The notes under the pieces are model-generated. The model worked only from the letters and a program-made list of their open reading frames with translations. It made no database searches and had not been told where the DNA came from. The translations under genes and the position numbers were made by a program. 64,000 nt of DNA from a virus (Duplodnaviria > Caudoviricetes), in IMG/VR virus record IMGVR_UViG_3300035498_000877, positions 192,001 through 256,000 of that record, one strand, 5' to 3'. Positions 29,426-39,894 of this stretch are shown here, piece after piece (position 1 is the first letter of the stretch; the number at the start of each line of letters is the position of its first letter).

Positions 29426-30115
29426 ATGAATAGTATAATTGAAACTATGAAAACCAAACATGCATTAGGAAGGTTATTTTGTTATTATATTGAGGATTAT
29501 TATGTATTCATAACTGCCTCAACTAAAGAACAAGAACTGGTATATCAGTATATAATTAATGAATTTAATTATATGAAATATTTTCCCAATATTCCCAATG
29601 CTGATATTATAGTGAAAGAGATTATCAATCGTTATGCTAAATGCAGATGGAATGAAAATACCATCGCAAATAATTTAAATAAAAAATATAGTTGGCTTAA
29701 TTTAAATTTTGATGAAGATGATATAGATTTTATAATTGAAAGATTTACTGAAAGTGTTTTACTGAAGCCTTATTTCAGAGAGTTAATTAATTCTGGCTTC
29801 CATGGAATATATGAGGAATATGTAGATGCTTGTATGATGATTGGTAAAAAGATGATCAAACTTAAAAACAATCATGAATTATCAAAATTATCTATTTATG
29901 ATATAGGGCTACAGCAATTATCTATATATCGATTAGAGAAGATTGGTGTAAAAATAGTAGGTGATATACTGAGATGTATTAAAGATAATAATTTGATAGA
30001 AAAAGCTAAATTAAGTAAAAATAGTTATGATGATATAATTTCAACTTTAATAAAGATTGGATATACAGATTCATATCTTAAAGATCTTAGAGAGCTTTCA
30101 GAAGGAGAAGACTAG
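29426..30115 (+). CDS. protein with C-terminal RNA polymerase alpha-CTD-like domain
   Basis: SIYDIGLQQLSIYRLEKIGVKIVGDI...LSKNSYDDIISTLIKIG parallels alpha-CTD IEELDLSVRSYNCLKRAGI.TVGDL...LGRKSLEEI. Confidence 0.6.
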   Translation: MNSIIETMKTKHALGRLFCYYIEDYYVFITASTKEQELVYQYIINEFNYMKYFPNIPNADIIVKEIINRYAKCRWNENTIANNLNKKYSWLNLNFDEDDIDFIIERFTESVLLKPYFRELINSGFHGIYEEYVDACMMIGKKMIKLKNNHELSKLSIYDIGLQQLSIYRLEKIGVKIVGDILRCIKDNNLIEKAKLSKNSYDDIISTLIKIGYTDSYLKDLRELSEGED

Positions 30116-30116
30116 T

Positions 30117-30830
30117 ATGTATGACCCAAAGCAATCATTATGGTTTAATCCAGACATACAATACATATTCAATCAAGAAATTATAGAGTATGATTTAAGA
30201 GATGCTGGATTTAATTTAATTAAACAATATAATTTATTACCATTATCGGAAATAAATAGATTAGAGCAAATTGGTAAAGGTTTAGCTAGACATATTGAAA
30301 TTGGTAAACTTGAAAGAGATAATAAAAAATTATCTCAAGAGTTAGGATATAGATTTGCTGATATACGAAAGATATTTATTACTACAAATAATATTTCTAA
30401 CAACAATATACTTGCAGTAAAAAAAGATGCATTATTTGTAATAGGAAGTGTAGACAGAACTAAATTTGGTTTACTAGAATTTGCTAGAAAGAATGTCTAT
30501 TCATCATATATTAGATTTATTAATATAAACAATCTAGAGTTATATTATAATAATGAAGGAATAGATATCAAAGGTATGAGTGATTCTGCAATTAATCGTC
30601 ATCGTTTATATATGTATGATTTCTTAATACAAATGATCGGTCTTATAGAATCAAATAATAAGAAAGCTAAAAGAGTATTAGTTGAATTTATTGATAATTA
30701 TAAAACAGGGAAATTAGATGCAGAATATTATTATGAATTCAATAATATGAGTAGTAATACTAATATGGCTTTTAATTATCAGAATATACTTATACCATTG
30801 ACGCAAATCGTATTAAAAGAGGTCAATTAA
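30117..30830 (+). CDS. minimal DNA-polymerase-like palm protein
   Basis: IEYDLRDAG (motif A-like), LAVKKDALF (motif C-like), DIKG; GAAGGAG RBS before ATG 30117. Confidence 0.5.
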   Translation: MYDPKQSLWFNPDIQYIFNQEIIEYDLRDAGFNLIKQYNLLPLSEINRLEQIGKGLARHIEIGKLERDNKKLSQELGYRFADIRKIFITTNNISNNNILAVKKDALFVIGSVDRTKFGLLEFARKNVYSSYIRFININNLELYYNNEGIDIKGMSDSAINRHRLYMYDFLIQMIGLIESNNKKAKRVLVEFIDNYKTGKLDAEYYYEFNNMSSNTNMAFNYQNILIPLTQIVLKEVN

Positions 30831-31502
30831 ATGAAAGATGACATATATCTTATATTTAGGAAGTACAAGAAAAATGAAAGAATTAATGCAGAACGTCATT
30901 CATTGTATGGGTGGTCCAAATCTTCTAGTGCCATAGCAGCTTTCTTAGCTCAAAGAGATAATAAGAAATATAAAGTTGTTAAATATGATTATGAAGATCT
31001 TAAACTGGAAGTACCATATGTATCTAATGAATTACTGACTCCTGAAACAATGATTGATTATGTAGAATTAACTTCTGCTCAAGATGGTTCTAAAACATAT
31101 CTATTCACAACGTCTAATGAAATGATGGAAACTGAGAAGAAAATTCAAAGATTATTCCATGATTTATCTTCAACTGCGAAAATAAATGGTAAAGGTGATT
31201 ATCTGAATATGATAATTAACTTAAATCCATATTACAGAATTCCATTATTTTATATAGGGTATAGACCAGAGGAAATAGATATATTATATCCATCTGCAGA
31301 TGAGTCAGATAATATTGCACCACTCAGTTATATTGAGCAATGCATTGATGATGCATATGAAGATGTGAATGATTTTACTGATGATAATCTTGAGCGATAT
31401 CACTATCTTCCGGGACAAATGGGTCTTGATGAAGCAAATATATCGGCTAAGGTAATATACTCATTAGAATCATTTATAAAGGTGATGGTTGATGATATGT
31501 AA
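30831..31502 (+). CDS. hypothetical protein (possible paralogue of 32509-33024)
   Basis: N-terminal LYGWSKS..AIAAF. Confidence 0.65.
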   Translation: MKDDIYLIFRKYKKNERINAERHSLYGWSKSSSAIAAFLAQRDNKKYKVVKYDYEDLKLEVPYVSNELLTPETMIDYVELTSAQDGSKTYLFTTSNEMMETEKKIQRLFHDLSSTAKINGKGDYLNMIINLNPYYRIPLFYIGYRPEEIDILYPSADESDNIAPLSYIEQCIDDAYEDVNDFTDDNLERYHYLPGQMGLDEANISAKVIYSLESFIKVMVDDM

Positions 31503-31516
31503 AAGGAGGATTTAAA

Positions 31517-31831
31517 ATGAAGAAAGATATAACTTTAGATCAAGTTGAGGTTGAAAGGGTAAGAAAAAACCATTATGAAGGTATAAGTATGTTGATAGCT
31601 ATGGCTGCAGTAGCTATAGGTATGATTTTCTATGTTCTTTCTACAATTAGAAGCAATGCCTATAGATATGCATATATCACTCTTCCAACTGGACAAGTTA
31701 TAGAAGGTGATATAGAAAGTCTTCGTGAATATGATGATGGTAAGGTTGAAATTACTATTGATGGAACTAAATACACAACTAGTATTATGAATGCAGTAAT
31801 AGTTAATAAAGGAGGAAATGAAAATGATTAA
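31517..31831 (+). CDS. small membrane-anchored protein
   Basis: TM segment LIAMAAVAIGMIFYVL; AGGAGG RBS. Confidence 0.7.
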   Translation: MKKDITLDQVEVERVRKNHYEGISMLIAMAAVAIGMIFYVLSTIRSNAYRYAYITLPTGQVIEGDIESLREYDDGKVEITIDGTKYTTSIMNAVIVNKGGNEND

Positions 31832-32519
31832 AATTGAAAATGCTGAAATATTTGGATGGAATGCTGCTCTTAGAGGTATGAGAAACCCACATAATAGTTG
31901 GGATAAATCAGATTCATTTGTAAAGACAATTGATTATTGTGCTTATCATCATGAAGAATGTTTTAATTGTGAGCACTATGATGATTGTGGTGATTGGGAT
32001 ATTATGATGGGACCTAATGATTTGGATTTAGCTAAAAGATTATGTAATGCTGGTACTGACCACCGCAAATTTATGCGAATGATTGCAGTATATCTTGATA
32101 TAACTGCAGGACATACATTCTGGGCTGAATTCGATACTTATAAAGTTGGAACAGTTAGAGATAGTTGTTCTAAAATGCATTCAATACATGTCAAAGAATT
32201 TACTAAAGATGACTTTGATCATGAAGGAATTGATCAGGTTGATTCAACCAGACTATTATTTGATGTGATTATTGAAGAGCTTGAAACTTTGAGAATCAGA
32301 TTTAATAAAACTAAAGAGAAAAAGTATTGGAGAGCTATCATAGAATTACTTCCAATGGGTTATCACCTCAAAGCAACTGTAGAATTGAACTATGAAGTGC
32401 TTTCAAATATATATTCTTCTAGAAGAAATCATAAGATGGACGAGTGGATCGAATTTTGTAAATGGATTGAAACTCTTCCATATTCAGAACTAATCACAGG
32501 AGGTAATAATGAAAAGTGA
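31818..32519 (+). CDS. divergent FAD-dependent thymidylate synthase (ThyX-like)
   Basis: ALRGMRNP..SW..SDS, HRKFMRMI, EFDTYKVGT..DSCS, LLP, RRNHKMDEW. Confidence 0.65.
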   Translation: MKMIKIENAEIFGWNAALRGMRNPHNSWDKSDSFVKTIDYCAYHHEECFNCEHYDDCGDWDIMMGPNDLDLAKRLCNAGTDHRKFMRMIAVYLDITAGHTFWAEFDTYKVGTVRDSCSKMHSIHVKEFTKDDFDHEGIDQVDSTRLLFDVIIEELETLRIRFNKTKEKKYWRAIIELLPMGYHLKATVELNYEVLSNIYSSRRNHKMDEWIEFCKWIETLPYSELITGGNNEK

Positions 32520-33024
32520 TGAAATAGTTTATTACACAATAATATCGAATGAGGCTGATGAAAATTATATAAAAGCATGGTCACGAAATAAGAAAATTGC
32601 TGAAGTATATATGAAATTTCATAATTGCAAACATGATAAACTTAAAGTATCTTATGTGATAGATAAAGCTGCAGTTTCATTTGAAAATGAACATTCATAT
32701 TCAGAAATAAGTTTGGCTGTTCTAAATACTGCTGATAAAAAAGGTGGATTAAAAACAATAGTTGTTCCAGTTACTGAAACTGATATCAACTTTATAACCA
32801 CTGATACTAATACTTTCTTCTCTAGTAGAATTAAATATGATACTCTTAATATGGTATTTCCTTATTTCAAAGATAAATATCAGAAAGGATTACGTTGGAT
32901 ATTCTTGAGTGATGTGATAGAAAAAGTTGTTCACAATAAAGAAAATAATCCTATTGCAAATTCTATAGATTTTGATGATCTGAGAACTCTGATAAAGATA
33001 CGGAATATTGATTTTGGTAAATAA
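32509..33024 (+). CDS. hypothetical protein (possible paralogue of 30831-31502)
   Basis: N-terminal IKAWSRNKKIAEVY. Confidence 0.65.
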   Translation: MKSDEIVYYTIISNEADENYIKAWSRNKKIAEVYMKFHNCKHDKLKVSYVIDKAAVSFENEHSYSEISLAVLNTADKKGGLKTIVVPVTETDINFITTDTNTFFSSRIKYDTLNMVFPYFKDKYQKGLRWIFLSDVIEKVVHNKENNPIANSIDFDDLRTLIKIRNIDFGK

Positions 33025-33097
33025 AATCAATTATATATTATATTTATATAATAATATAGAAAGGAAGGTATATGCACATGAAAGAAGGACTAATAAC

Positions 33098-35974
33098 ATG
33101 AGGAAAGTACTAAGATCATTAATACAAGAAAAGCTACCGTTCGATTTCAGACTTAAGTTAGAAATATTAGCAGATAGATCTGATATAGTAAATTCCCAAA
33201 AACAAGATGAGCTGTTCAATCTAATAAGGGAGTTTAATATCGAAGGAGTAGTTCCTTTAGGAGCGGGAACTAACAGGTATGCATTCAAGTTAAATGGTTT
33301 TGTAATCAAAGTAGCAACTAATAGTGAAGGGAAGCTTGATAATCTAAAAGAATTCAAAATGTGTAAGACATTATCAGCATTTGGGAATTGGGTCATTAGA
33401 TGTTATGAAGTTTCTCAAAATGGAACATTGCTAGTCACTGAATATGTCCAACCATTTGAATCATATTCAGAGATGATGCAGTATAAAAATGAGATAAGAG
33501 AAATTTTATCAAAAGTCTCTGATGAATATTTTATTGGGGATATTGGAATTACTTCAAAGAATTATGCAAACTGGGGATTGCGAGTAGGAACTAATGAACC
33601 AGTTTGCCTTGACTTTGCATATGTGTTTGATGTTAATTCAGATATATTGACATGTAAAGTGTGCAAGGAGAATGCAATTTTATCTCCAGATGAAGATTTT
33701 AATTATCTTATTTGCACAAATCCAGCATGTAGGCATAAATATGATTTCAGTATGTTGAGATCACGAATAAGTGAATCAAGATTAAGAGCTGAGATTGGAA
33801 ACTTAGAAGATGTTGGATATAAAATTAATGCTCCACAATTAGAAGTAGAACTAGATGAAACTAGATCTGCATATCTTCAAACAAAGAAGATTAAACCAAA
33901 ACATGAACAAAAATTGGTGGAAGAAATACCACCTGAATACAAGGAGGAAATAGAAATGACAGCAGGAATAGAAAATAAAACAAATGAAGCAGAAGTAATA
34001 ATAAATGCAACAGCACGTATTGATGAAGATGAAATACAACAAGAGCAGGTTGAAAAAGGATCAATATTTGATATAAATATTGATTTAGCTGCTAGAGTAT
34101 TACCAGAAGATGAAGAAGATGAGAATGAGGATGAAGAAGATTATTCTGATGATGTTGAAATAGACGAAAGTTTATTAGTTTCTGAGGAAGAGTTTGAGAA
34201 ACAGATTCATGAAGCAATAGCTGAAGTAGATAATGAAGAGGCTGAAGAAGTTACAGCTAAAACTGATCCAACAATTGATGAAATAATAAACTTGGTATCT
34301 GATTCATTCTTAGATAACCAACTAACAGTAATATCCCGTTTATCAAATTATATGGAACAGAGTGTTACTATGAGATATGATCTGTTCAATATGATAAGGA
34401 AGCATCTTAAATTTAAGATGACTGAAAATGAGTTTATGAAAGCATTTCAGAATGCAATATTCAGATCATTAATTCAGTATCTTGGAATTGAAGAGACTAA
34501 GATTACAAATGCTGATAATAAACAACAAACCAAATTCATTCCAGTATTGAATAAGGAGAATAAGTATGAAAAAGGTAGAGAATTGGCAGATGTTATGTTA
34601 ACATATGCATTTATCTCTAATCTCTGGGAATACAGATTCTTACCAAAAGTCGATATGAATCCTAACTATGATATAGTAGCATCATATAGTGAACAAGACA
34701 ATGATGGATTTGCAATCCAAAGAGAGTGGGTTGAAGTATTCATAAATCGTCTCAGTTCTAAGGTGACTATAGCTCAAGATGGATTGGATATAATTTCTAG
34801 TATCATGATGAAATTATTCTGTCCTGTATATGCTCCACAGGATAATTTCATGAATCCACCTGTTGAAGATAATGAGGAAGATAATGGAATAGAAATAATT
34901 GATAATCCAGTAGAGCCAGAACCAGAGGTTTCTGATGATACGATTTTACGTGCAGCAACTGGTGAAATTGATGAACCATCTGATCCAGTTGATATTTATG
35001 ATGAAACTGTAAATAGTTTTAATTCAAGTGAAGCTGTTGAGCCAGGATATGATGAAGATCATTTGTTAATCAATACAGATGGGAATGGAATAACAGTAAT
35101 CGTTAATCCTGTAGATGATGAGGACAATTATGATCGTATCTATATTAAGTGCAATTGTCATCAGGATGAATTAGCTGCAGCTATTATTCCAATCTATGAG
35201 AAGATAGGAGAATTTGATGAGGACCAAGAAATTCCTATGGAAGGTGATCCTTCAAATTTATATCTGTCATGGTTAACTGCATTTGAACCAATTAAAGTTC
35301 ATTATACTTCAAATCCAGATGCAGAAATGAGAATAAATTATTCATATGGACAAGATGAGGAAAATCAAGTTTATATGATAAATCTTGGATATGATGAGAA
35401 TAAACAGCAGTATCTGATGGGTACTTATCTAGTTAATGATATCTTCGTTGTGAATGCTGATGGAGAACCAGTTACGGCATTCGAAGAAGATTTAATGGTA
35501 AAATTAGATCTGATTATCAGAAAGAATATTGCAGGTACAGCTATATCTCATTATAAGAGAACATGGGAAGAAATTGATAGGTTATCAATGATAACAAATG
35601 AAGAACTCAATGATGAGGCTTTGGATTCAATTGTGGATATGGTTCTTGGACATGATGGTGATCAAAATTCTAATGAAAATATTGCTGAATCAGCTGAAGA
35701 GAATTCTACTCCAGATGTTAATCCACATTGTGTAACACCTGAACAAGTAGGTTTAGACATTGATGATAGACCAGAGAATCCCAATGTAAAATCATATACT
35801 GAACCGGGAGCAGCAATTGATTATGATGGAGATATGAAACCTGTTGAAGGATTATGGGATCCATCAACTCCTATTACTGTTACCCAGCAAAAACCAAAAA
35901 CAATTGAAGAAGAAGTTGATGAGATAGAGAAACAAATCAATGAAGGTGTAATAATACATCCAATTAGAAAATAA
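33098..35974 (+). CDS. protein-kinase-like domain, Cys4 zinc ribbon and long acidic region
   Basis: Gly loop LGAGTNR, VIKVA Lys, helix-C KEF, catalytic-loop-like GDIG...NWG, LDFAY; CKVC...CTNPAC. Confidence 0.7.
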   Translation: MRKVLRSLIQEKLPFDFRLKLEILADRSDIVNSQKQDELFNLIREFNIEGVVPLGAGTNRYAFKLNGFVIKVATNSEGKLDNLKEFKMCKTLSAFGNWVIRCYEVSQNGTLLVTEYVQPFESYSEMMQYKNEIREILSKVSDEYFIGDIGITSKNYANWGLRVGTNEPVCLDFAYVFDVNSDILTCKVCKENAILSPDEDFNYLICTNPACRHKYDFSMLRSRISESRLRAEIGNLEDVGYKINAPQLEVELDETRSAYLQTKKIKPKHEQKLVEEIPPEYKEEIEMTAGIENKTNEAEVIINATARIDEDEIQQEQVEKGSIFDINIDLAARVLPEDEEDENEDEEDYSDDVEIDESLLVSEEEFEKQIHEAIAEVDNEEAEEVTAKTDPTIDEIINLVSDSFLDNQLTVISRLSNYMEQSVTMRYDLFNMIRKHLKFKMTENEFMKAFQNAIFRSLIQYLGIEETKITNADNKQQTKFIPVLNKENKYEKGRELADVMLTYAFISNLWEYRFLPKVDMNPNYDIVASYSEQDNDGFAIQREWVEVFINRLSSKVTIAQDGLDIISSIMMKLFCPVYAPQDNFMNPPVEDNEEDNGIEIIDNPVEPEPEVSDDTILRAATGEIDEPSDPVDIYDETVNSFNSSEAVEPGYDEDHLLINTDGNGITVIVNPVDDEDNYDRIYIKCNCHQDELAAAIIPIYEKIGEFDEDQEIPMEGDPSNLYLSWLTAFEPIKVHYTSNPDAEMRINYSYGQDEENQVYMINLGYDENKQQYLMGTYLVNDIFVVNADGEPVTAFEEDLMVKLDLIIRKNIAGTAISHYKRTWEEIDRLSMITNEELNDEALDSIVDMVLGHDGDQNSNENIAESAEENSTPDVNPHCVTPEQVGLDIDDRPENPNVKSYTEPGAAIDYDGDMKPVEGLWDPSTPITVTQQKPKTIEEEVDEIEKQINEGVIIHPIRK

Positions 35975-36026
35975 AATAATATGGTCCCAGTAAAAATACT
36001 GGGACTATTTATTTTTGGAGGTTAGC

Positions 36027-36746
36027 ATGTTATATCGAATAGATAAACAACATTTCCTAATGCATATGATTGATTACTTTACTAAAGATGAATTACTTCA
36101 TTTTCAATATCTAGTATTATCGGCAAAAGTAATTTCACTTGATGGTGGAACATCTGAAAAATTAGGTGATTGGGAGGAAGTAACAAATAGGGGTAAGGTT
36201 ATGAATGTACAGAAGTTATCATCAGTATTTTATCCAACTTCAGATACAATTATTGAATATGCAGAGACAGGAAATAAAGAAGTATTTGAAAAAATGTATA
36301 TGAATGAATTATTTCCAAAAGATAATAATGATTGTCTACTGACCATGTATCGATCAATAATAGATCCAGTTGTAAAACATAATGATGTGATAATCATAAA
36401 TGATATGCATGAGAATGATATCATAGATGTATTCTGTAAAGCTATTAAGAAGAAATTTTCATTAGATACAATTGATCTCAATGAACTATTTTCAAAAGGA
36501 TCTATTGAGGAAATGATAATTGATATTAATAAAGTTAAAGATAAATCTGTTGATATCAGAATTATGTCAGCAAAAGAAAAAGAAAAGTTACTAGAGCAAA
36601 CTGCAGACGGTAGATTAGAATTATTGAATATGATGAATAGTTTTGACAAGAAACGTAAATTAAAAAAGCTAGGAATTAAATTCAATAAGAATGATGATCT
36701 TGATGTATTATTAACAGAAGCATGGGTAAATGATATAGGTAATTGA
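36027..36746 (+). CDS. hypothetical protein
   Basis: GGAGG RBS before ATG 36027. Confidence 0.7.
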   Translation: MLYRIDKQHFLMHMIDYFTKDELLHFQYLVLSAKVISLDGGTSEKLGDWEEVTNRGKVMNVQKLSSVFYPTSDTIIEYAETGNKEVFEKMYMNELFPKDNNDCLLTMYRSIIDPVVKHNDVIIINDMHENDIIDVFCKAIKKKFSLDTIDLNELFSKGSIEEMIIDINKVKDKSVDIRIMSAKEKEKLLEQTADGRLELLNMMNSFDKKRKLKKLGIKFNKNDDLDVLLTEAWVNDIGN

Positions 36747-36847
36747 AAGGAGTGTATCAACATTCCTTTTATTTTTTCTCTCTCCAGCATTCAAACAGAA
36801 GCATAATAGAATAATCCAAAAATTAAATAGTAAAGGAGATATAGATC

Positions 36848-38779
36848 ATGATTATAATTAATGACGATCAAAATGATATCATGGTAGAGGGTTTTATAAA
36901 AGATACTCTCAATAATGCAGGCTTAGATACAGATGCGATAGCTAATGATATGTCAAATGCAAAAGGTGCAAAAGAACATCTAAAGGTAGCTGCAGATACT
37001 ACTAAATCCGTGAAATCAGTAAGTGATAAAATAATTGCTGACAACGGAGTATCTAATACATCACTTGTATCACGTGCAAGAAATTCAGTACTTCAATTCC
37101 CAATTTATATTACACAATCAATGAGAGTTAATGAGGCTCAGATAATCTCTAATTTTTTTGCTAGAGCATACACAACTCTTGTACAAACAGTATTATCACA
37201 GAATCCAATGATTGACGAAGATGATGTTAATAATATGAAATTCTTAAAGAATTTCCATACTAACTTGAAAGAATCATCAGATATTTTCATAAATGAATTT
37301 TATGAACCTATTGATGAAATTGATTCAATGTTGAAAGATAGTGTATTCTATTCAGCTCAGATTAATGAAAGTATCAGTGTTGACTTTAGTGTTATGCCTT
37401 CAATTGATAATGATTTAATATTAGAAGATGCTAGATTGTCAAATGAGCCATTAACTGGATTTAATTATTTAAGAGAATCAGAAGATAAATATGCTAAGAA
37501 ATCAGATGCTAAAGAAACACCTGCAAGAAATATTACAGCAGAAACTGGGTATGCTAAAATGACTCCTAGCGATATGGATGCATTAGCTATTGAAGAACTT
37601 AATAGCGAAAGAGCAAAAAATGGAGATAAACCATATCCATCTGATATTGCTACTGGTAATAAAATTAAAGAAGTTGCTCTTGATGAAGTTAATAGAGAAA
37701 GAAAAGCTGCTGGTAAATCTACGTTACCAGATAATTATAGTAATTCACTATCAAGTATTGCACTTGATGAGATTAATGATGAGAGAGAAGCAAATGGTGA
37801 ATCTCCATATACACAAGATGATATTAAAAATGATGATGATAGATCTATACGAAAAGAGATTAATAGTAAAAAACAAGAAATTACTAATCAAATAAAAGAT
37901 AGAGAGAATGAGATCACAAATGAAATTAACAATAAGAAGTCTGAGATAAAAAAAGAAATTACAAGAGCTAGTATTAAGGGTGATAGATGGCATAATATGT
38001 ACGTAAAGAAAGGAACTGAGTTCTATAGAGTTGATAGCAGAACTACTAAAGCAACTAATGTTGCACCAGTTGAAGTTCCAACTTTATTAAGAGATGCTGA
38101 TATTAAGAGAATTAATAATCTTACTCCATATACAATGAGAGCTACTTTCAGAGTAAAACATAAAGATGGTTCAGTTTCAGATCTTTCATATATCATTGGA
38201 GTAAAGAGTATGCTTCATCTAATTCATTCGGATGATTTAGCAGATGATCTTGAAGAGCTGGTAACCGGAAAAGTTCACAAGCTTCAGAAAGTACGTTATA
38301 AGACAGGAGAAATTAGTACTATTGATTATCTATTTAATATTAAAGGACTTAAAGCAGATGCATTGAAGAAGACTCAGTCAAATAAGAAGTGGATTTCTTC
38401 ATTGAAGAGATTATCTGATTATAGCCATCAAAATCAATCAATGCTTAAGAAACCTATGCAATTAGCAGCTGAGATTACAAATGGTGGTGTGAGACCAATT
38501 CCTAATGGTACATTGGTATTATCAAATATAGATGTTGTTGCTTTAAAGAGTTCAACAGGTATTGATTTAAACAGTGTTAGTGCAGTTAAAAGTTTAGCAC
38601 GTAATTTATTTTTGATTGCTGTATGTATTGTAGATGAATCAGCAGGAACCCTAAAAGTATTATTCCCTGATGCTGATAATGAATGGGATACGCAATCACT
38701 TTCTTCTATTGATGCAGAGTTATCAAAGACTGACAATAGTGCATTGATGAAAGAATTAAATAAGGCAGTAAATAGATAA
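36848..38779 (+). CDS. probable virion head protein with internal triple repeat
   Basis: operon with prohead protease; xxE-S/G motifs; three A(I/L)xE(L/V/I)NxERxxxG repeats. Confidence 0.55.
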   Translation: MIIINDDQNDIMVEGFIKDTLNNAGLDTDAIANDMSNAKGAKEHLKVAADTTKSVKSVSDKIIADNGVSNTSLVSRARNSVLQFPIYITQSMRVNEAQIISNFFARAYTTLVQTVLSQNPMIDEDDVNNMKFLKNFHTNLKESSDIFINEFYEPIDEIDSMLKDSVFYSAQINESISVDFSVMPSIDNDLILEDARLSNEPLTGFNYLRESEDKYAKKSDAKETPARNITAETGYAKMTPSDMDALAIEELNSERAKNGDKPYPSDIATGNKIKEVALDEVNRERKAAGKSTLPDNYSNSLSSIALDEINDEREANGESPYTQDDIKNDDDRSIRKEINSKKQEITNQIKDRENEITNEINNKKSEIKKEITRASIKGDRWHNMYVKKGTEFYRVDSRTTKATNVAPVEVPTLLRDADIKRINNLTPYTMRATFRVKHKDGSVSDLSYIIGVKSMLHLIHSDDLADDLEELVTGKVHKLQKVRYKTGEISTIDYLFNIKGLKADALKKTQSNKKWISSLKRLSDYSHQNQSMLKKPMQLAAEITNGGVRPIPNGTLVLSNIDVVALKSSTGIDLNSVSAVKSLARNLFLIAVCIVDESAGTLKVLFPDADNEWDTQSLSSIDAELSKTDNSALMKELNKAVNR

Positions 38780-38794
38780 GGAGGTAAATTAAAC

Positions 38795-39889
38795 ATGGGA
38801 TATTATGATATAACTAATGACTATCTAGAGATAATATCTGGATCATCTAGTAAGTATTCTAGACCATATACAGAAGCAGCTAATAAAACTAAGAATGTCA
38901 AATATGCTGAGAAAGCTCTAAAAGCATTTACTAAATCAATAAAGAAAGTAAAGAATAATAAAAAGTCTGATAAGGCAATAGATGATTCAAGAGGAAATAT
39001 TAAACAATTTAGTGGATATGATGATATTGAAAAAACATTTGCATTCTTGAAAATGCATTCATTTAGCTCACCATTACTAACTGATCTTCAGGGTTTATAT
39101 GATTCAATTGTAAAATATACATCTGAATATGTTAAAGGATATGAGAAACAAGTATTCTTGATTATCTATGAATACCATCAGGCTGTATATTTATTATCTA
39201 CTGGATTATTGATTGTACTTTCAAGAGATATTGATATAGTAGATAGTGATAAGGATCTTAAGATCAAATTTGTTAAGAAGGTTAATACCGATAAGCGAGT
39301 GGGTCAATATACTGATATCATTAATAAATATAATGGTCAACTAAAGATGGCTAAGCATCAGGAATATTTAAGAGATCTTATTCAGAATAAAGAAGTTGCT
39401 GGTATAGATACAAATATTACTGAAGGTACTGTTGCAGATGTTGTTTCTTCAATTGGTTCATTAGCTGATATTGGATTTACTGCAGCAGTGACTGGAATTA
39501 ATGCTATGAAATATATAAAGAATACAGCATTCGGAATTATTCCATTAATAAGATCTATTATATATTTAAAATATAAAAGTAAAGCTGATGCAATAAATTC
39601 ACTCCATAGCCAGATTTCATATCTTGAGCAGAATATAAATAGGCTTGAGAATAAAACAGCAATGGATCCAAAGAAGAAAGAAGTAATTATTAAGAAGCAA
39701 AGAGCCTATATTGAGGCTTATAAAAAGAGAGCTGATAAATTAATTGCAGAACTCAGTGAGAGTGAGAAAGATGCAGCAGTTGCTCTAACAGCTGATAATA
39801 AAGTAATTGAGCAAGAAATGAAAGATGACGATATTGTTATAGAGCATACTGAGATAAATGAGTATATTAATAATTATAGAGAGGAATGA
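38795..39889 (+). CDS. probable virion head protein
   Basis: immediately upstream of the protease; YTE-A, ITE-G motifs. Confidence 0.5.
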   Translation: MGYYDITNDYLEIISGSSSKYSRPYTEAANKTKNVKYAEKALKAFTKSIKKVKNNKKSDKAIDDSRGNIKQFSGYDDIEKTFAFLKMHSFSSPLLTDLQGLYDSIVKYTSEYVKGYEKQVFLIIYEYHQAVYLLSTGLLIVLSRDIDIVDSDKDLKIKFVKKVNTDKRVGQYTDIINKYNGQLKMAKHQEYLRDLIQNKEVAGIDTNITEGTVADVVSSIGSLADIGFTAAVTGINAMKYIKNTAFGIIPLIRSIIYLKYKSKADAINSLHSQISYLEQNINRLENKTAMDPKKKEVIIKKQRAYIEAYKKRADKLIAELSESEKDAAVALTADNKVIEQEMKDDDIVIEHTEINEYINNYREE

Positions 39890-39894
39890 TATAA

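Noticed and set aside
36793-36806. AR9-type late promoter AACA-N6-TA
   Set aside because: It fits here and loosely before the 47466 and 23714 starts, but not consistently before other late genes; too short for AT-rich DNA
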